DNA of 61,031 nt. Origin: a virus. Its lineage: Duplodnaviria > Caudoviricetes. Both the position numbers and the translations under genes were made by a program. The notes beneath the pieces are model-generated. The model had not been told where the DNA came from. It made no database searches and was given only the letters and a program-made list of their open reading frames with translations. Shown here piece after piece: positions 8,318 through 18,237 of this stretch; positions within the stretch are counted from its first letter, which is position 1, and each line of letters begins with the position of its first letter. The stretch lies in the IMG/VR virus record IMGVR_UViG_3300028384_000043, positions 1 through 61,031 of that record; one strand, written 5' to 3'.

Positions 8318-8561
8318 TTACCGAAAAACCAAGTCTGGTGCCGGTATGACCAAGAAGGGTGTAGCTGCGTATAGGCGCGCGAACCCCGGTTCTAAGTTAA
8401 AGACCGCTGTTACTGGTAAAGTTAAGAAAGGTTCTAAAGCTGCAAAGCGAAGAAAGTCATATTGCGCTAGGTCATTAGGACAGTTAAAACGAAGTTCTGC
8501 TAAAACTAGGAACAATCCAAACTCTAGAATTAGGCAGGCAAGGAGAAGATGGAAGTGCTAG
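8265..8561 (+). CDS. Basic hypothetical protein
   Basis: NPGSKLK..RRKSYCARS..RRWKC. Confidence 0.7.
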   Translation: MPRKKEKPIRRTTGKGGNYRKTKSGAGMTKKGVAAYRRANPGSKLKTAVTGKVKKGSKAAKRRKSYCARSLGQLKRSSAKTRNNPNSRIRQARRRWKC

Positions 8562-8716
8562 AGAATATTTTAGGCATTTTGTTACTTATTTTTATGGGTT
8601 GGGCCGCTTATATGTCGTCACATATAATAGCTGAACGTAAAGCCGGCAAACACATACCACTACCTTGGGAAAAAAAGCCCAAAAAAAGAGGTAGACCGCC
8701 TAAAAAGAAAAAGTGA
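8549..8716 (+). CDS. Micro-protein: N-terminal TM helix + C-terminal AT-hook-like motif (start 8549 or 8555)
   Basis: AGGAG RBS; ILGILLLIFMGWAAYM...KPKKRGRPPKKKK; GTGA overlap with terL. Confidence 0.6.
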   Translation: MEVLENILGILLLIFMGWAAYMSSHIIAERKAGKHIPLPWEKKPKKRGRPPKKKK

Positions 8717-10356
8717 CAGAGCAAATTAAGATAGAATGCTATAAGTGCAAGAAACTTTTAGCAGATAACCTTGTTTTACCTAAAGGTTTGTGCGTTTATT
8801 GTGCTGCAGATGAAGCAGATCAGCTTCCCCAACCCCAAAAACAAGAAAAAACCTCAAAAAAAGAGCAAAATGCTCAAATTCGTGCGGAACAGGAGCTGGC
8901 AAAGCGTATTTTGTCCAGAAAACGCATGTTACCCTTCGTAGAAAAGTTTAATCCCGATTACCAAGCAGGCTGGGTACATAAAGATATCTGTAAAAGGCTA
9001 GAAAAATTTAGTCAAGACGTGGCAGATAAGAAATCCCCAAGACTTATGCTGTTTATGCCCCCTCGTCATGGTAAATCTACCTTAGCAAGTATTGCCTTCC
9101 CTGCTTGGCACCTTGGCCGTAACCCTGGACATGAGTTTATTAGTTGTTCTTACTCAGGTTCATTAGCTATGAGTTTTTCTAGAAAGGTTAGACAAGTGCT
9201 CAGAGAGCCAAATTACAAAAAAGTTTTTGAATCTACTAAATTAGACAAAGATTCACAGTCTGTAGAATCCTGGCAAACGACCGAAGGCGGCGGTTATGTA
9301 GCAGCTGGTGTTGGTGGTGGTATCACAGGTAAAGGTGCGCACATATTACTAATCGATGACCCAGTAAAAAACAGAGAAGATGCAGAATCAGAGAACAATA
9401 GAGAAGCAACTTGGGATTGGTACACTTCTACTGCCTATACTCGTCTTGCTCCAGGTGGAGGTATCTTGGTTATTTTAACAAGATGGCACGATGATGATCT
9501 AGCTGGACGTTTGTTGATGGCTGGCGAAAACGGAGCCGATGATTGGGAAGTAGTTAAATACCCAGCGATTGCAGAAGAAGATGAAGAGTTTCGTGCAACC
9601 GGTGAGCCGCTGCACCCTGAACGATACAATGTAGAATCTTTAGAAAAAATACAAAAAGCTATAGGCCCTAGAGACTGGACTGCTTTGTATCAACAGAATC
9701 CAGTATCCGATGAAGGTGATTACTTTACTAGGGATATGATTCAGTATTATGACCCAGCTGATATAGACTATGATAAGATGCGCTATTATACGGCCTGGGA
9801 TCTAGCTATTGGGCAACGAGATAGAAACGACTATTCTGTTGGCATAACTGTAGGTATTGACGAGTACGATAATATGTTCGTAGTAGATATAATCCGCGGT
9901 AAATACGACGGTTTTGAATTAGTAGAAAAAATATTAGATTTCTACGAACAGTGGAGACCTGGTATAGTGGGGATAGAACGTGGGCATATAGAAATGGCCA
10001 TCGGTCCTTTTTTGGAGAAACGTGTAGCAGAACGTAGATTACATTCTGCATATTTTAAAGATTTAAAAGTAGGGAGACGTGATAAAGAAGCAAGAGCTAG
10101 AGCTATTCAAGGTAGAATGCAACAGGGTAAGGTTTTTGTACCTGAAGATGCAGTCTGGACCGGGCCTCTTGTGGCTGAACTTTTGCGTTTTCCTAACGGC
10201 GTGCATGATGATCAAGTTGACGCCCTGGCCTGGGTGGGTTTGATGATGACAGAATACGCAACTTTTTACGAAGCACCAGAGCATGTACCTTCGTGGAGAG
10301 ATAGGTTAGAATTAATTGCAAAAGGGCCGAAAAAGAAATCGGCAATGAGTGCGTAA
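8713..10356 (+). CDS. terL: Terminase large subunit
   Basis: MPPRHGKS Walker A, LLIDDP Walker B, TRWH.DD, YQQ.P, WDLA, HDDQVDA; N-terminal CxxC..CxxC. Confidence 0.95.
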   Translation: MTEQIKIECYKCKKLLADNLVLPKGLCVYCAADEADQLPQPQKQEKTSKKEQNAQIRAEQELAKRILSRKRMLPFVEKFNPDYQAGWVHKDICKRLEKFSQDVADKKSPRLMLFMPPRHGKSTLASIAFPAWHLGRNPGHEFISCSYSGSLAMSFSRKVRQVLREPNYKKVFESTKLDKDSQSVESWQTTEGGGYVAAGVGGGITGKGAHILLIDDPVKNREDAESENNREATWDWYTSTAYTRLAPGGGILVILTRWHDDDLAGRLLMAGENGADDWEVVKYPAIAEEDEEFRATGEPLHPERYNVESLEKIQKAIGPRDWTALYQQNPVSDEGDYFTRDMIQYYDPADIDYDKMRYYTAWDLAIGQRDRNDYSVGITVGIDEYDNMFVVDIIRGKYDGFELVEKILDFYEQWRPGIVGIERGHIEMAIGPFLEKRVAERRLHSAYFKDLKVGRRDKEARARAIQGRMQQGKVFVPEDAVWTGPLVAELLRFPNGVHDDQVDALAWVGLMMTEYATFYEAPEHVPSWRDRLELIAKGPKKKSAMSA

Positions 10357-10357
10357 T

Positions 10358-12478
10358 ATGGCATATAGTAAAAAACCAAAGAAAAATTTAACAAAAGCCG
10401 AACAACTGACACTTGCAAAAAGTCAGTGGAATGCATATACACGGGCTAGAGATTCAGGCCATGAAGAGTACATACACCTCGCAAAAAAATGCGACATGTA
10501 CTACAGGGGAGACCAATGGGATGAGTTTGACATGCAGCAGCTTGATGACCAGGGTCGACCAGCTTTAACAATCAATACTATTTTACCAACTGTAAATGCA
10601 GTTCTAGCAGAACAAAGTTCAAAGAAAGCAGATATACAATTTAAACCTAGGGGCGGAGGTAACCAAGATGTTGCCGACGTTCTTACAAAAGTTTATGCCC
10701 AAGTAGCTGACAACAATAAGTTAGATTGGGTAGAGCAACAAGTTTTTTCTGATGGGTTAATTCAAGACAGAGGATGGTTTGATGTGCGTGTGGATTTTGA
10801 CGACCATGTAAACGGAGAAGTTAGAATAGAGTCAAAAGACCCATTAGATATTCTTATAGACCCAGATGCAAAACATTATGACCCAAGAACTTGGAATGAA
10901 ATATTTGAAACCAAGTGGATGAGTATAGATGAGATAGAAGAACAGTACGGACAAAAAGAAGCTGATCAGTTACGCATGCTAGCAGAAACTGGCACGACTT
11001 TAGGTGCTGACTCTATGGAGTTTGAAGAAGAAAGGTACGGAGACAGTGATGAGTATAACTACGGACAACAATATCCTGGAGATCCGGAGAACGCACGAAT
11101 GCTCAGGTCGATTAGAGTTATAGAAAGGCAGTACTATAAATTAAACGACTGTATGTTTTATGTAGACCCAGTAACTGGAGATAAAAGAGAAGTACCATAC
11201 AACTGGGGTAAAAAGAAAAGAGAGCAGTTTGCAGATCAGTTCGGATTAGATATTATTCAGAAAAAAATGCGAAAGGTCCGCTGGACCGTGACCGCGGACA
11301 CCGTGGTTTTATTCGATGACTGGTCACCGTATCATCATTTTACGCTCGTACCATTTTTTCCATACTTTCGAAGAGGTAAACCGTTCGGTATGGTCCGAAA
11401 CTTATTATCACCCCAAGAACAGCTCAACAAAATTACTTCTCAAGAGCTACATATAGTAAATACAACAGCTAATAGTGGTTGGATTGTAGAGAACGGTTCT
11501 CTTTCGGGCATGACTGCAGATGATCTAGAAGAACACGGAGCAGAGACAGGTTTAGTATTAGAGTTTAACCGTGGGTCTACACCACCTGCAAAAATACCAC
11601 CTAATCAAATACCAACAGGTTTAGATAGATTAGGACAAAAAGCTGCGTCAAATATTAAACAGATAAGTGGTATAACAGACGCTATGCTCGGTATGGATAG
11701 CCCAGAAGTTTCTGGTGTAGCTATAAATGCTAAACAAAATAGAGGTTCTTTGCTTTTACAAGTGCCATTAGATAACTTAGCTAAAACAAGACAGTATTTA
11801 GCAGAAAAAATATTAAACCTTGTACAAGCTTATTACACAGAAGAAAGGATTATACAAATCACCGACGAATCTGATCCTTATAAACCTAGAGAAAAACTAA
11901 GAATAAACCAACAAACTCCAGAAGGTCAGATTATAAATGACCTTACTATAGGAGAGTATGATGTAGTAGTTGGTACTGCTCCTGCTAGAGATAACTTTGA
12001 CGAAATGCAGTTTGCTGAAGCTATTGAACTTAGAGGCGTGGGTGTACCAATACCAAATGACATGATTGTTGAGTACTCACATTTATCACGTAAAGCAGAT
12101 ATAGCAGAAAGAATTAGACAAATGGAAGGTACTGCTCCTCCAACAGAAGAACAAGTACAATTACAACAGTTCCAGATGGAGTCACAAATTAGAAGCACAC
12201 AGCTTGAGATAGCTAAACTTGAAGCTGAAGTAACTAACTTACAGACTTCTGCAGAGCTAAATATGGCTAAAGCACAAAACGAACAAATAGATCCACAGTT
12301 GAAGGTTGCTGAATTACAAAGTAAAATTCAATCTAAACGTGAAGAACTGGGTTTACGCGAGAAGTTGTCAGAGTTGACAAACTCAATGCGTAAAGACCAA
12401 AGCGATACTGCAGCTGCTGCTAAATTAGCGGCTGCGGCCATGAAACCACAAGGAGGTAACAGAAATGGCGAAAGATAA
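10358..12478 (+). CDS. Portal protein
   Basis: About 700 aa after terL; YY.GDQW, GRPALTIN, SGVAI, C-terminal coiled coil. Confidence 0.9.
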   Translation: MAYSKKPKKNLTKAEQLTLAKSQWNAYTRARDSGHEEYIHLAKKCDMYYRGDQWDEFDMQQLDDQGRPALTINTILPTVNAVLAEQSSKKADIQFKPRGGGNQDVADVLTKVYAQVADNNKLDWVEQQVFSDGLIQDRGWFDVRVDFDDHVNGEVRIESKDPLDILIDPDAKHYDPRTWNEIFETKWMSIDEIEEQYGQKEADQLRMLAETGTTLGADSMEFEEERYGDSDEYNYGQQYPGDPENARMLRSIRVIERQYYKLNDCMFYVDPVTGDKREVPYNWGKKKREQFADQFGLDIIQKKMRKVRWTVTADTVVLFDDWSPYHHFTLVPFFPYFRRGKPFGMVRNLLSPQEQLNKITSQELHIVNTTANSGWIVENGSLSGMTADDLEEHGAETGLVLEFNRGSTPPAKIPPNQIPTGLDRLGQKAASNIKQISGITDAMLGMDSPEVSGVAINAKQNRGSLLLQVPLDNLAKTRQYLAEKILNLVQAYYTEERIIQITDESDPYKPREKLRINQQTPEGQIINDLTIGEYDVVVGTAPARDNFDEMQFAEAIELRGVGVPIPNDMIVEYSHLSRKADIAERIRQMEGTAPPTEEQVQLQQFQMESQIRSTQLEIAKLEAEVTNLQTSAELNMAKAQNEQIDPQLKVAELQSKIQSKREELGLREKLSELTNSMRKDQSDTAAAAKLAAAAMKPQGGNRNGER

Positions 12479-13505
12479 TACTACGACAGACGATAAGATC
12501 GAACTAGACGTAATGCCTGGGGCAGATCCAAAGACCGAAGAAGATGTAAAAGGTTTTGAAGTTGATATGAACTTTGAAGCTCCAGAAGAAGATGAAGTAG
12601 AATTTCCCAAGGAGGAAGAAATTGAAGAAGTCGAAGAACTTAAGGCTGACGAAGAACCATCTGAAGAGCCTGAAGCGGAAGCAGAAGAGGAAGTCGTTGA
12701 AGCTGCAGACGAAGTCGCAGAAGATACAGGAGAAGAAACAGTATTGGCAGAAGATGACGGAACTGCACAACAACCTGTTGAGCCAATACAAGAAGGACTT
12801 GATGAAGAAAAACAACCAATGATTCCAAAGTCTAGGTTTGATGAAGTCCTAGCAAAACAAAAAGCTTTACAAAAACAACTACAAGAAGCTACTAATCCCG
12901 TAGAAAAAATAGAAAATGCTCCTGAGTATGATTTTTCTGCTAAAGAAATAGAGTATCAAGAACATATTTTAAATGGCGAGCCAGAAAAAGCTGCTGCTCT
13001 TAGGTCAGAAATAAGAGAAGCAGAAAGAAAAACTATGCTATTTGAAGTGCAACAACAAATGGGCCAGACTGTACAACAAAGTACAGAAGCTGTTGCTTTA
13101 CAAAACAAAGCAATAGAATTACAAACTGCGCATCCTGAGTTAGATGAAAATAACGCTGCTTACAATGCGGACTTAACGCAAGAGGTTATGGACCTGAGAG
13201 ACGCGTTTATGATTCAAGGGTTTAGCGGGGCGGATGCTTTAGATAAAGCCGCTAAGTATGTTATAAAACCTGCTTCAGTAGTTGCAGAAACACCTGCACC
13301 TAATCTAGAACAGAAAGAAGTAGCACAGCGCAAAAAGGTAGCAAATACAAGTAAAAAATTAGCAGCAGCTGAATCTCAACCGCCCACAATGAAGACAGGT
13401 AAGCAGAAAGTTGAGAAGAAAGTTGATGTAAGTTTATTATCTGCAGATGAGTTTGAAGCTCTGCCGGATGAAACTTTACGTAGAATGCGTGGAGATTTCG
13501 GATAA
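12465..13505 (+). CDS. Capsid scaffolding protein
   Basis: Acidic, IPKSRFDEV motif, lies between portal and capsid genes. Confidence 0.75.
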   Translation: MAKDNTTTDDKIELDVMPGADPKTEEDVKGFEVDMNFEAPEEDEVEFPKEEEIEEVEELKADEEPSEEPEAEAEEEVVEAADEVAEDTGEETVLAEDDGTAQQPVEPIQEGLDEEKQPMIPKSRFDEVLAKQKALQKQLQEATNPVEKIENAPEYDFSAKEIEYQEHILNGEPEKAAALRSEIREAERKTMLFEVQQQMGQTVQQSTEAVALQNKAIELQTAHPELDENNAAYNADLTQEVMDLRDAFMIQGFSGADALDKAAKYVIKPASVVAETPAPNLEQKEVAQRKKVANTSKKLAAAESQPPTMKTGKQKVEKKVDVSLLSADEFEALPDETLRRMRGDFG

Positions 13506-13507
13506 AC

Positions 13508-13519
13508 TGTGGTATAAAT
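13508..13519 (+). promoter_or_regulatory. Putative extended -10 promoter for the capsid gene
   Basis: TGTGGTATAAAT just after the scaffold stop. Confidence 0.55.
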
Positions 13520-13527
13520 TAAACAAG

Positions 13528-13684
13528 TTCGCACGTAAGAGCGATATCTTACCGGGGTCGTGTCCGTAAAAAACGTTTTCGCCTGTTAGTGCGTAAAACT
13601 AACCGGAGTCGTACTCCGTAATTAACGAGAGCGTTTCCCCTACGACAGTGGGTATACGGATAAAAGTCGCTCCAAAAGTCGACT
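13528..13684 (+). ncRNA. Structured capsid-gene leader with tandem H-type pseudoknots
   Basis: Two 50-nt units with interleaved complementary stems and compensatory changes. Confidence 0.6.
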
Positions 13685-13715
13685 GGTTAATAACTTTAAT
13701 GATAGGAGAAATATC

Positions 13716-14861
13716 ATGGCAAATACTAACTTTGCTGCGTTGACCAGTGAGCAGTTAACCATCTGGTCTAGAGATTTCTGGCGTGTAGCTAGAAATATGT
13801 CCTTCATTAACCAATTCGCGGGTAGCGGTAACAACGCTATGGTTCAGAGAATATCTGAGCTAACCCAATCAGAAAAGGGAGCTAGAGCTGTATTAACACT
13901 TTTAGCTGACATGACTGGTGACGGTATTGTTGGAGACAACACTCTCGAAGGTAATGAAGAATCACTAAGAGCGTTCGACATAGTCGTAACAATCGACCAA
14001 CTAAGATTTGCGAACAGACTGTCAGGTAGACTGGCTGATCAAAAATCAGTTGTGAACTTTAGGGAACATTCAAGAGATGCTCTTGCTTATGCAATGGCTG
14101 ACAGAATGGACCAATTAGCATTCCTTACACTAAGTGGTATTGGATACAACTTGAAAAACAATGGTGGTCTAAGACCGTCAATGAATTCAGGTCAAAATCT
14201 AAACGATTTAGAGTTTGCAAGCACTATAAGTGCACCAACTTCTAATAGACATAGAAGAGTGGATGCAACTGGTGGTCTTGTAGCTGGTGATGTTACTGCT
14301 TTAGAAGCAGCTGACAAATTAAGCTACAGCACTATTGTAGATCTAAAAGCTTACGCTAAAGATAACTACATTAGAGGACTAAGAGGTGCGGGTAACGACG
14401 AGACATTCCATCTTTTCGTAACACCACAAGTAATGGCTGACCTAAAACTTGATTCAGACTTTCTTGCTAACGTAAGAAATGCTGGAGTAAGAGGACCAGG
14501 TTCAAGCTTGTTCTCAGGTTCATCATCTCTAATGGTTGATGGCATCATGGTTCACGAGTTTAGACATGTGTTTAATACAAGTGGCGCTTTATCTGGTACA
14601 TCATCAAACGCTGGTGCTGCTGGATATAAAGGTGGTGCAAATGCTGACGTAAACTACTCAAGATGTATTTTCGCTGGCGCACAATCATTAGCTATGGCAG
14701 ATATTGGAGTACCAGAAATAGTAGAAGACACATTCGACTATGGTAACCAAAACGGTATTTCAATTGGTAAAATATTCGGACTCAAGAAGCCAGTTTATCA
14801 TTCAGACCACACAGGTCAGGATGAAGACTTTGGTGTTATTGCGTTAGATGTTGCATACTAA
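13716..14861 (+). CDS. Major capsid protein (N4-gp56/DUF4043-like)
   Basis: GDNTLEGNEE, TIDQLRFA, FDYGN..GISIGKIFGLKK, DFGVI; AGGAG RBS. Confidence 0.92.
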   Translation: MANTNFAALTSEQLTIWSRDFWRVARNMSFINQFAGSGNNAMVQRISELTQSEKGARAVLTLLADMTGDGIVGDNTLEGNEESLRAFDIVVTIDQLRFANRLSGRLADQKSVVNFREHSRDALAYAMADRMDQLAFLTLSGIGYNLKNNGGLRPSMNSGQNLNDLEFASTISAPTSNRHRRVDATGGLVAGDVTALEAADKLSYSTIVDLKAYAKDNYIRGLRGAGNDETFHLFVTPQVMADLKLDSDFLANVRNAGVRGPGSSLFSGSSSLMVDGIMVHEFRHVFNTSGALSGTSSNAGAAGYKGGANADVNYSRCIFAGAQSLAMADIGVPEIVEDTFDYGNQNGISIGKIFGLKKPVYHSDHTGQDEDFGVIALDVAY

Positions 14862-14875
14862 TTGTGATATATTTT

Positions 14876-14905
14876 ATGGGTGGCTTTTATTAGCCACCCA
14901 TTTTT
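14876..14905 (+). terminator. Intrinsic terminator after the capsid gene
   Basis: ATGGGTGGCT/AGCCACCCAT stem followed by a T run. Confidence 0.8.
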
Positions 14906-14917
14906 AAGGAGGAAATT

Positions 14918-15244
14918 ATGTGGATAGTATCAAATGAAGACAAATCAGTAGCTTCTACTTGGGGCGCAGTTATACATTTAAAAGCTGGCGAGCCAAGACA
15001 AGTTGGTGATGATTTGGGTTTACTTTGCTTACAAGCCGGATGCACGGAGGTAAAAGACGTCAAAGAAGCTCCAGTAGTAGAAGAAGCTCCCGTTGAGGAA
15101 GTTGTCGAAGAAGCTGCTGAAGAAAAATCTTTTGAGGACATGACCAAAGTGGAACTAGAAGCTTATGGCAGAACTATTGGTATTGAACTCGATAGACGTA
15201 AAAAGAAATCAGAGTTAATCGCAGAACTAGAATCTGCACAATAA
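14918..15244 (+). CDS. Hypothetical protein with a Rho-N/HeH-like C-terminus
   Basis: EDMTKVELEAYGRTIGIEL..KKSELIAEL. Confidence 0.65.
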   Translation: MWIVSNEDKSVASTWGAVIHLKAGEPRQVGDDLGLLCLQAGCTEVKDVKEAPVVEEAPVEEVVEEAAEEKSFEDMTKVELEAYGRTIGIELDRRKKKSELIAELESAQ

Positions 15245-15253
15245 GGATAAGAT

Positions 15254-15979
15254 ATGGCAGGGACACTTACAGGCGCTAACCTACTCAGCAGGATTCAGGA
15301 CACCTTACAAGACACGACTAGTGTCAGATGGCCAGAAGCTGAGTTACTTAGGTATATAAACGACGCTCAGAGAGAAATTGTAAATTTCAGACCTGAGTCA
15401 TCAGCTACTACAGCAAACGTACAGCTAGTTGCAGGTACTAAACAGGCTCTACCTTCTGGTGGGTTAAGGTTAATTAAAATAACTAGAAACATGAATGGTA
15501 CAAGCAACAGTGCTACTGGTAAAAGAGCAATTAGAATCGTAAACGTAGACATCTTAAATACACAAGAACCGGATTGGAACGATCCGACTGTATCTGGAGA
15601 TGCACAACACGGTACTGTAGTTAAACATTACATCTTTGATGAAGATGATCCAAGAAACTTTTACGTGTATCCAGGAGTAAATGGAAATGCATATGTGGAG
15701 ATTGTGTATTCAGCAGCTCCAACAGATTTATCAAGCGCTTCTTCTACTATTTCAGTAGATGATATATATGCAAACGCAATTATTGATTTTGTTTTATACA
15801 GAGCGTATATGAAAGATGCAGAGTATGCAGGAAATGCGCAAAGAGCACAAAATCATTATCAATTGTTTACTGCAAGTATAGGACAAGGCGGACAATCCGC
15901 AATGTTGCTAGATCCTAATAACGACCAAGTTTCTAATATAGGGGCTGTTCCTAAGGTAATGCAACAGCAAGGTAGGTAA
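15254..15979 (+). CDS. Head-tail adaptor-like virion protein
   Basis: LQD....RW...ELL.YINDAQREI; position after the capsid gene. Confidence 0.7.
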   Translation: MAGTLTGANLLSRIQDTLQDTTSVRWPEAELLRYINDAQREIVNFRPESSATTANVQLVAGTKQALPSGGLRLIKITRNMNGTSNSATGKRAIRIVNVDILNTQEPDWNDPTVSGDAQHGTVVKHYIFDEDDPRNFYVYPGVNGNAYVEIVYSAAPTDLSSASSTISVDDIYANAIIDFVLYRAYMKDAEYAGNAQRAQNHYQLFTASIGQGGQSAMLLDPNNDQVSNIGAVPKVMQQQGR

Positions 15980-15981
15980 AT

Positions 15982-16656
15982 GTGGCAGCCTACTCTTCTT
16001 TAGTTAAAGAAGTACTACCTTACGTACCTTTATGCCCAGATTCTTTGGTAGAACAAAACTTACGTTCTGCAACAATAGAGTTTTGTGAAAGATCAAAAGC
16101 GTATATTCTCGACATAGACCCCTTTAATACTATTTCAGGGGTATATGAGTATGATTTTGATATACCGACTGGGACAGAGGTACATCAAGTATTGTTAATG
16201 ACACATGATGGCAATGATATGGACCCTATAAGCCCTCGTAGTCTAGAGTTAAACTACCCAGATTGGAGAAATAGAACAGGACAACCTCACGTATATTTAC
16301 AAAAAACCCCTACTACTTTTTGGACAGTGCCTGTACCAAGTGGCTCAAAACAAGTAATAACTAGTGTTGCACTAAAACCAAGTAGAACCTCAAACAATAT
16401 AGATACTAATATCTCTAATCAATATAGAGATGCAATCGTATACGGCACTTTGTATAGATTACTTAGGATGCCAAGTAGAGAATGGACCGATATAGGTGCG
16501 GCTCAAGAGTATTTATATCAGTTTAATTTAGAGATAAAACAAGCAGAATTAAGGGCCCGAGGCGGAGACCTAGGGGTAAAAAGAACTGTTAAGTACAAAG
16601 GAATAGGACTACCAAGGAGACGGTATGGAAAGTACGGAAAGGAGATCGACTACTGA
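15982..16656 (+). CDS. Virion adaptor/connector-like protein
   Basis: A.IEFCERS, L..MP.REWT motifs; position. Confidence 0.6.
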   Translation: MAAYSSLVKEVLPYVPLCPDSLVEQNLRSATIEFCERSKAYILDIDPFNTISGVYEYDFDIPTGTEVHQVLLMTHDGNDMDPISPRSLELNYPDWRNRTGQPHVYLQKTPTTFWTVPVPSGSKQVITSVALKPSRTSNNIDTNISNQYRDAIVYGTLYRLLRMPSREWTDIGAAQEYLYQFNLEIKQAELRARGGDLGVKRTVKYKGIGLPRRRYGKYGKEIDY

Positions 16657-17059
16657 GTTACCTTTGCCTGCTGATATACGGCAGTGTTGGGATAAGATTA
16701 AACCGGGTTTAGTCGAGATAATAAAAGAAAATCCATTACTTACCTTTATTCCTGAAGATGTTTACAGCGAATGTGTAAACGAAAGAGCGTTTCTTTACAC
16801 GTCACCTGTAGGTTTTTTGGTATTAACTGTAGAGGTTGATACGTTCACAAAAGACAAGACATTATTGCTATGGATAGCGTATACTTACAATAAGGGCGGA
16901 CACGAGTGGTTAGCCCATGATGAGTGGTTTAACGACCTAGCTAAACAAGCAGGTTGTAAGTATCTCGAAGCGAGATCACGAGTACCAGAAATGGAATCGT
17001 ACACAAAGAAGATAGGATGGGAGTTAGACACACGAATTTATAGGAAAGATGTTAAATGA
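16625..17059 (+). CDS. Hypothetical protein, possible GNAT-like fold
   Basis: LLWIAY..AKQAGC..LEARS; precedes the internal virion genes. Confidence 0.5.
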   Translation: MESTERRSTTELPLPADIRQCWDKIKPGLVEIIKENPLLTFIPEDVYSECVNERAFLYTSPVGFLVLTVEVDTFTKDKTLLLWIAYTYNKGGHEWLAHDEWFNDLAKQAGCKYLEARSRVPEMESYTKKIGWELDTRIYRKDVK

Positions 17060-17646
17060 GTAGTAAACCTAAAAGTTCAGAGTACAAAGCAAGCGATCAA
17101 GAGAAAGCACTTGCTTCTGTTTCTTTAGCTGAAAAAAACTATTTTAGACAGAAGTATCTACCTAAACTTACACAGTTAAGAGATAGAGCAAGTACAGAAA
17201 ACTACGAAAGCGTAGCAACGGGCCGTGCACAAGCAGATACTATGCAAGCTTTATCTAGACCTAGCTTACAAGCTGCGCAATCTGTTGATACTGCAGCTAA
17301 TATGGCTTCTGCAGCTGGGGCTCAGGCTTTACAAGGTAGAGCTCAGGGTCTGACAGCGCAAAGAGGTGACCAGGTAAATGTTCTTAAAAATGCTAGAGGC
17401 ATGGCGGCAGATGCACAATCTGGTTTATCTAAAGCTGCACGAATAGAGTCAACAAAACAATTACAATTTGCTCAAGCTAAACAGAATAGAAGAAACGCTA
17501 ATTTTGCTATGGGTACTAAGCTTTTAGGTGGAGCAATAGAAAAAGATAAAGCGAATGAAGGTGGGTTCTTTGGCGACAATAGTTTCTTTAATCCCGCCCC
17601 CCAACCAGAAACACAAGAAGATTTAAATAAGGTGGTAAATACATAA
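17056..17646 (+). CDS. Putative internal virion (ejection) protein
   Basis: Ala/Gln-rich, helical; position. Confidence 0.6.
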   Translation: MSSKPKSSEYKASDQEKALASVSLAEKNYFRQKYLPKLTQLRDRASTENYESVATGRAQADTMQALSRPSLQAAQSVDTAANMASAAGAQALQGRAQGLTAQRGDQVNVLKNARGMAADAQSGLSKAARIESTKQLQFAQAKQNRRNANFAMGTKLLGGAIEKDKANEGGFFGDNSFFNPAPQPETQEDLNKVVNT

Positions 17647-18236
17647 TGGCATTATCTCCCCTATACGAAGGTTTATACAATATGCGAGATTACAGGCGTA
17701 ATTCTCAAAATGATTACGTTAGTAATTTACCGTCAGTAAGCGACCCAGAAGCTACTTTTGCAGGAATAACTAGACAGGACTACATGGATTATGTAAATAA
17801 TTTTAGAGGTTTTGAAGAAAATTTATTAAACCTAACAGAAGATGAAGGCCTCATGCAAAGAGCAAGAGAGGATCAAAAAACTCAAAATAGAATTGCACAA
17901 GAAGTGCAACAAAGAAATTTAGAAAGGTATGGTGGCGGTGGTATGTCTGCAGCTCAAAGGCAACAACAACAAAGAACTCTACAAAGAGGCGGACAGTTGG
18001 CTATGGCTAATACTTCTAACAATGCAAGAGTGCAACAAAGACAGATAAACAATGCTTTGTTAAATGAACTCATAGGTATTGGACAAGGGGTAAACCAAAG
18101 TTCTTTATCTGGACTAGGAGATGCTTCTGCTATGCAAGCGCAAAGACAAGCAGCATATAAAAATGCAAAAGCACAACATCATAGTAATATGGTAGGACTA
18201 GGCGGCGCTGTTATAGGCGCTATATTTGGTATATAA
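17646..18236 (+). CDS. Putative internal virion (ejection) protein
   Basis: Gln-rich with a Gly-rich hydrophobic C-terminus. Confidence 0.6.
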   Translation: MALSPLYEGLYNMRDYRRNSQNDYVSNLPSVSDPEATFAGITRQDYMDYVNNFRGFEENLLNLTEDEGLMQRAREDQKTQNRIAQEVQQRNLERYGGGGMSAAQRQQQQRTLQRGGQLAMANTSNNARVQQRQINNALLNELIGIGQGVNQSSLSGLGDASAMQAQRQAAYKNAKAQHHSNMVGLGGAVIGAIFGI

Positions 18237-18237
18237 A

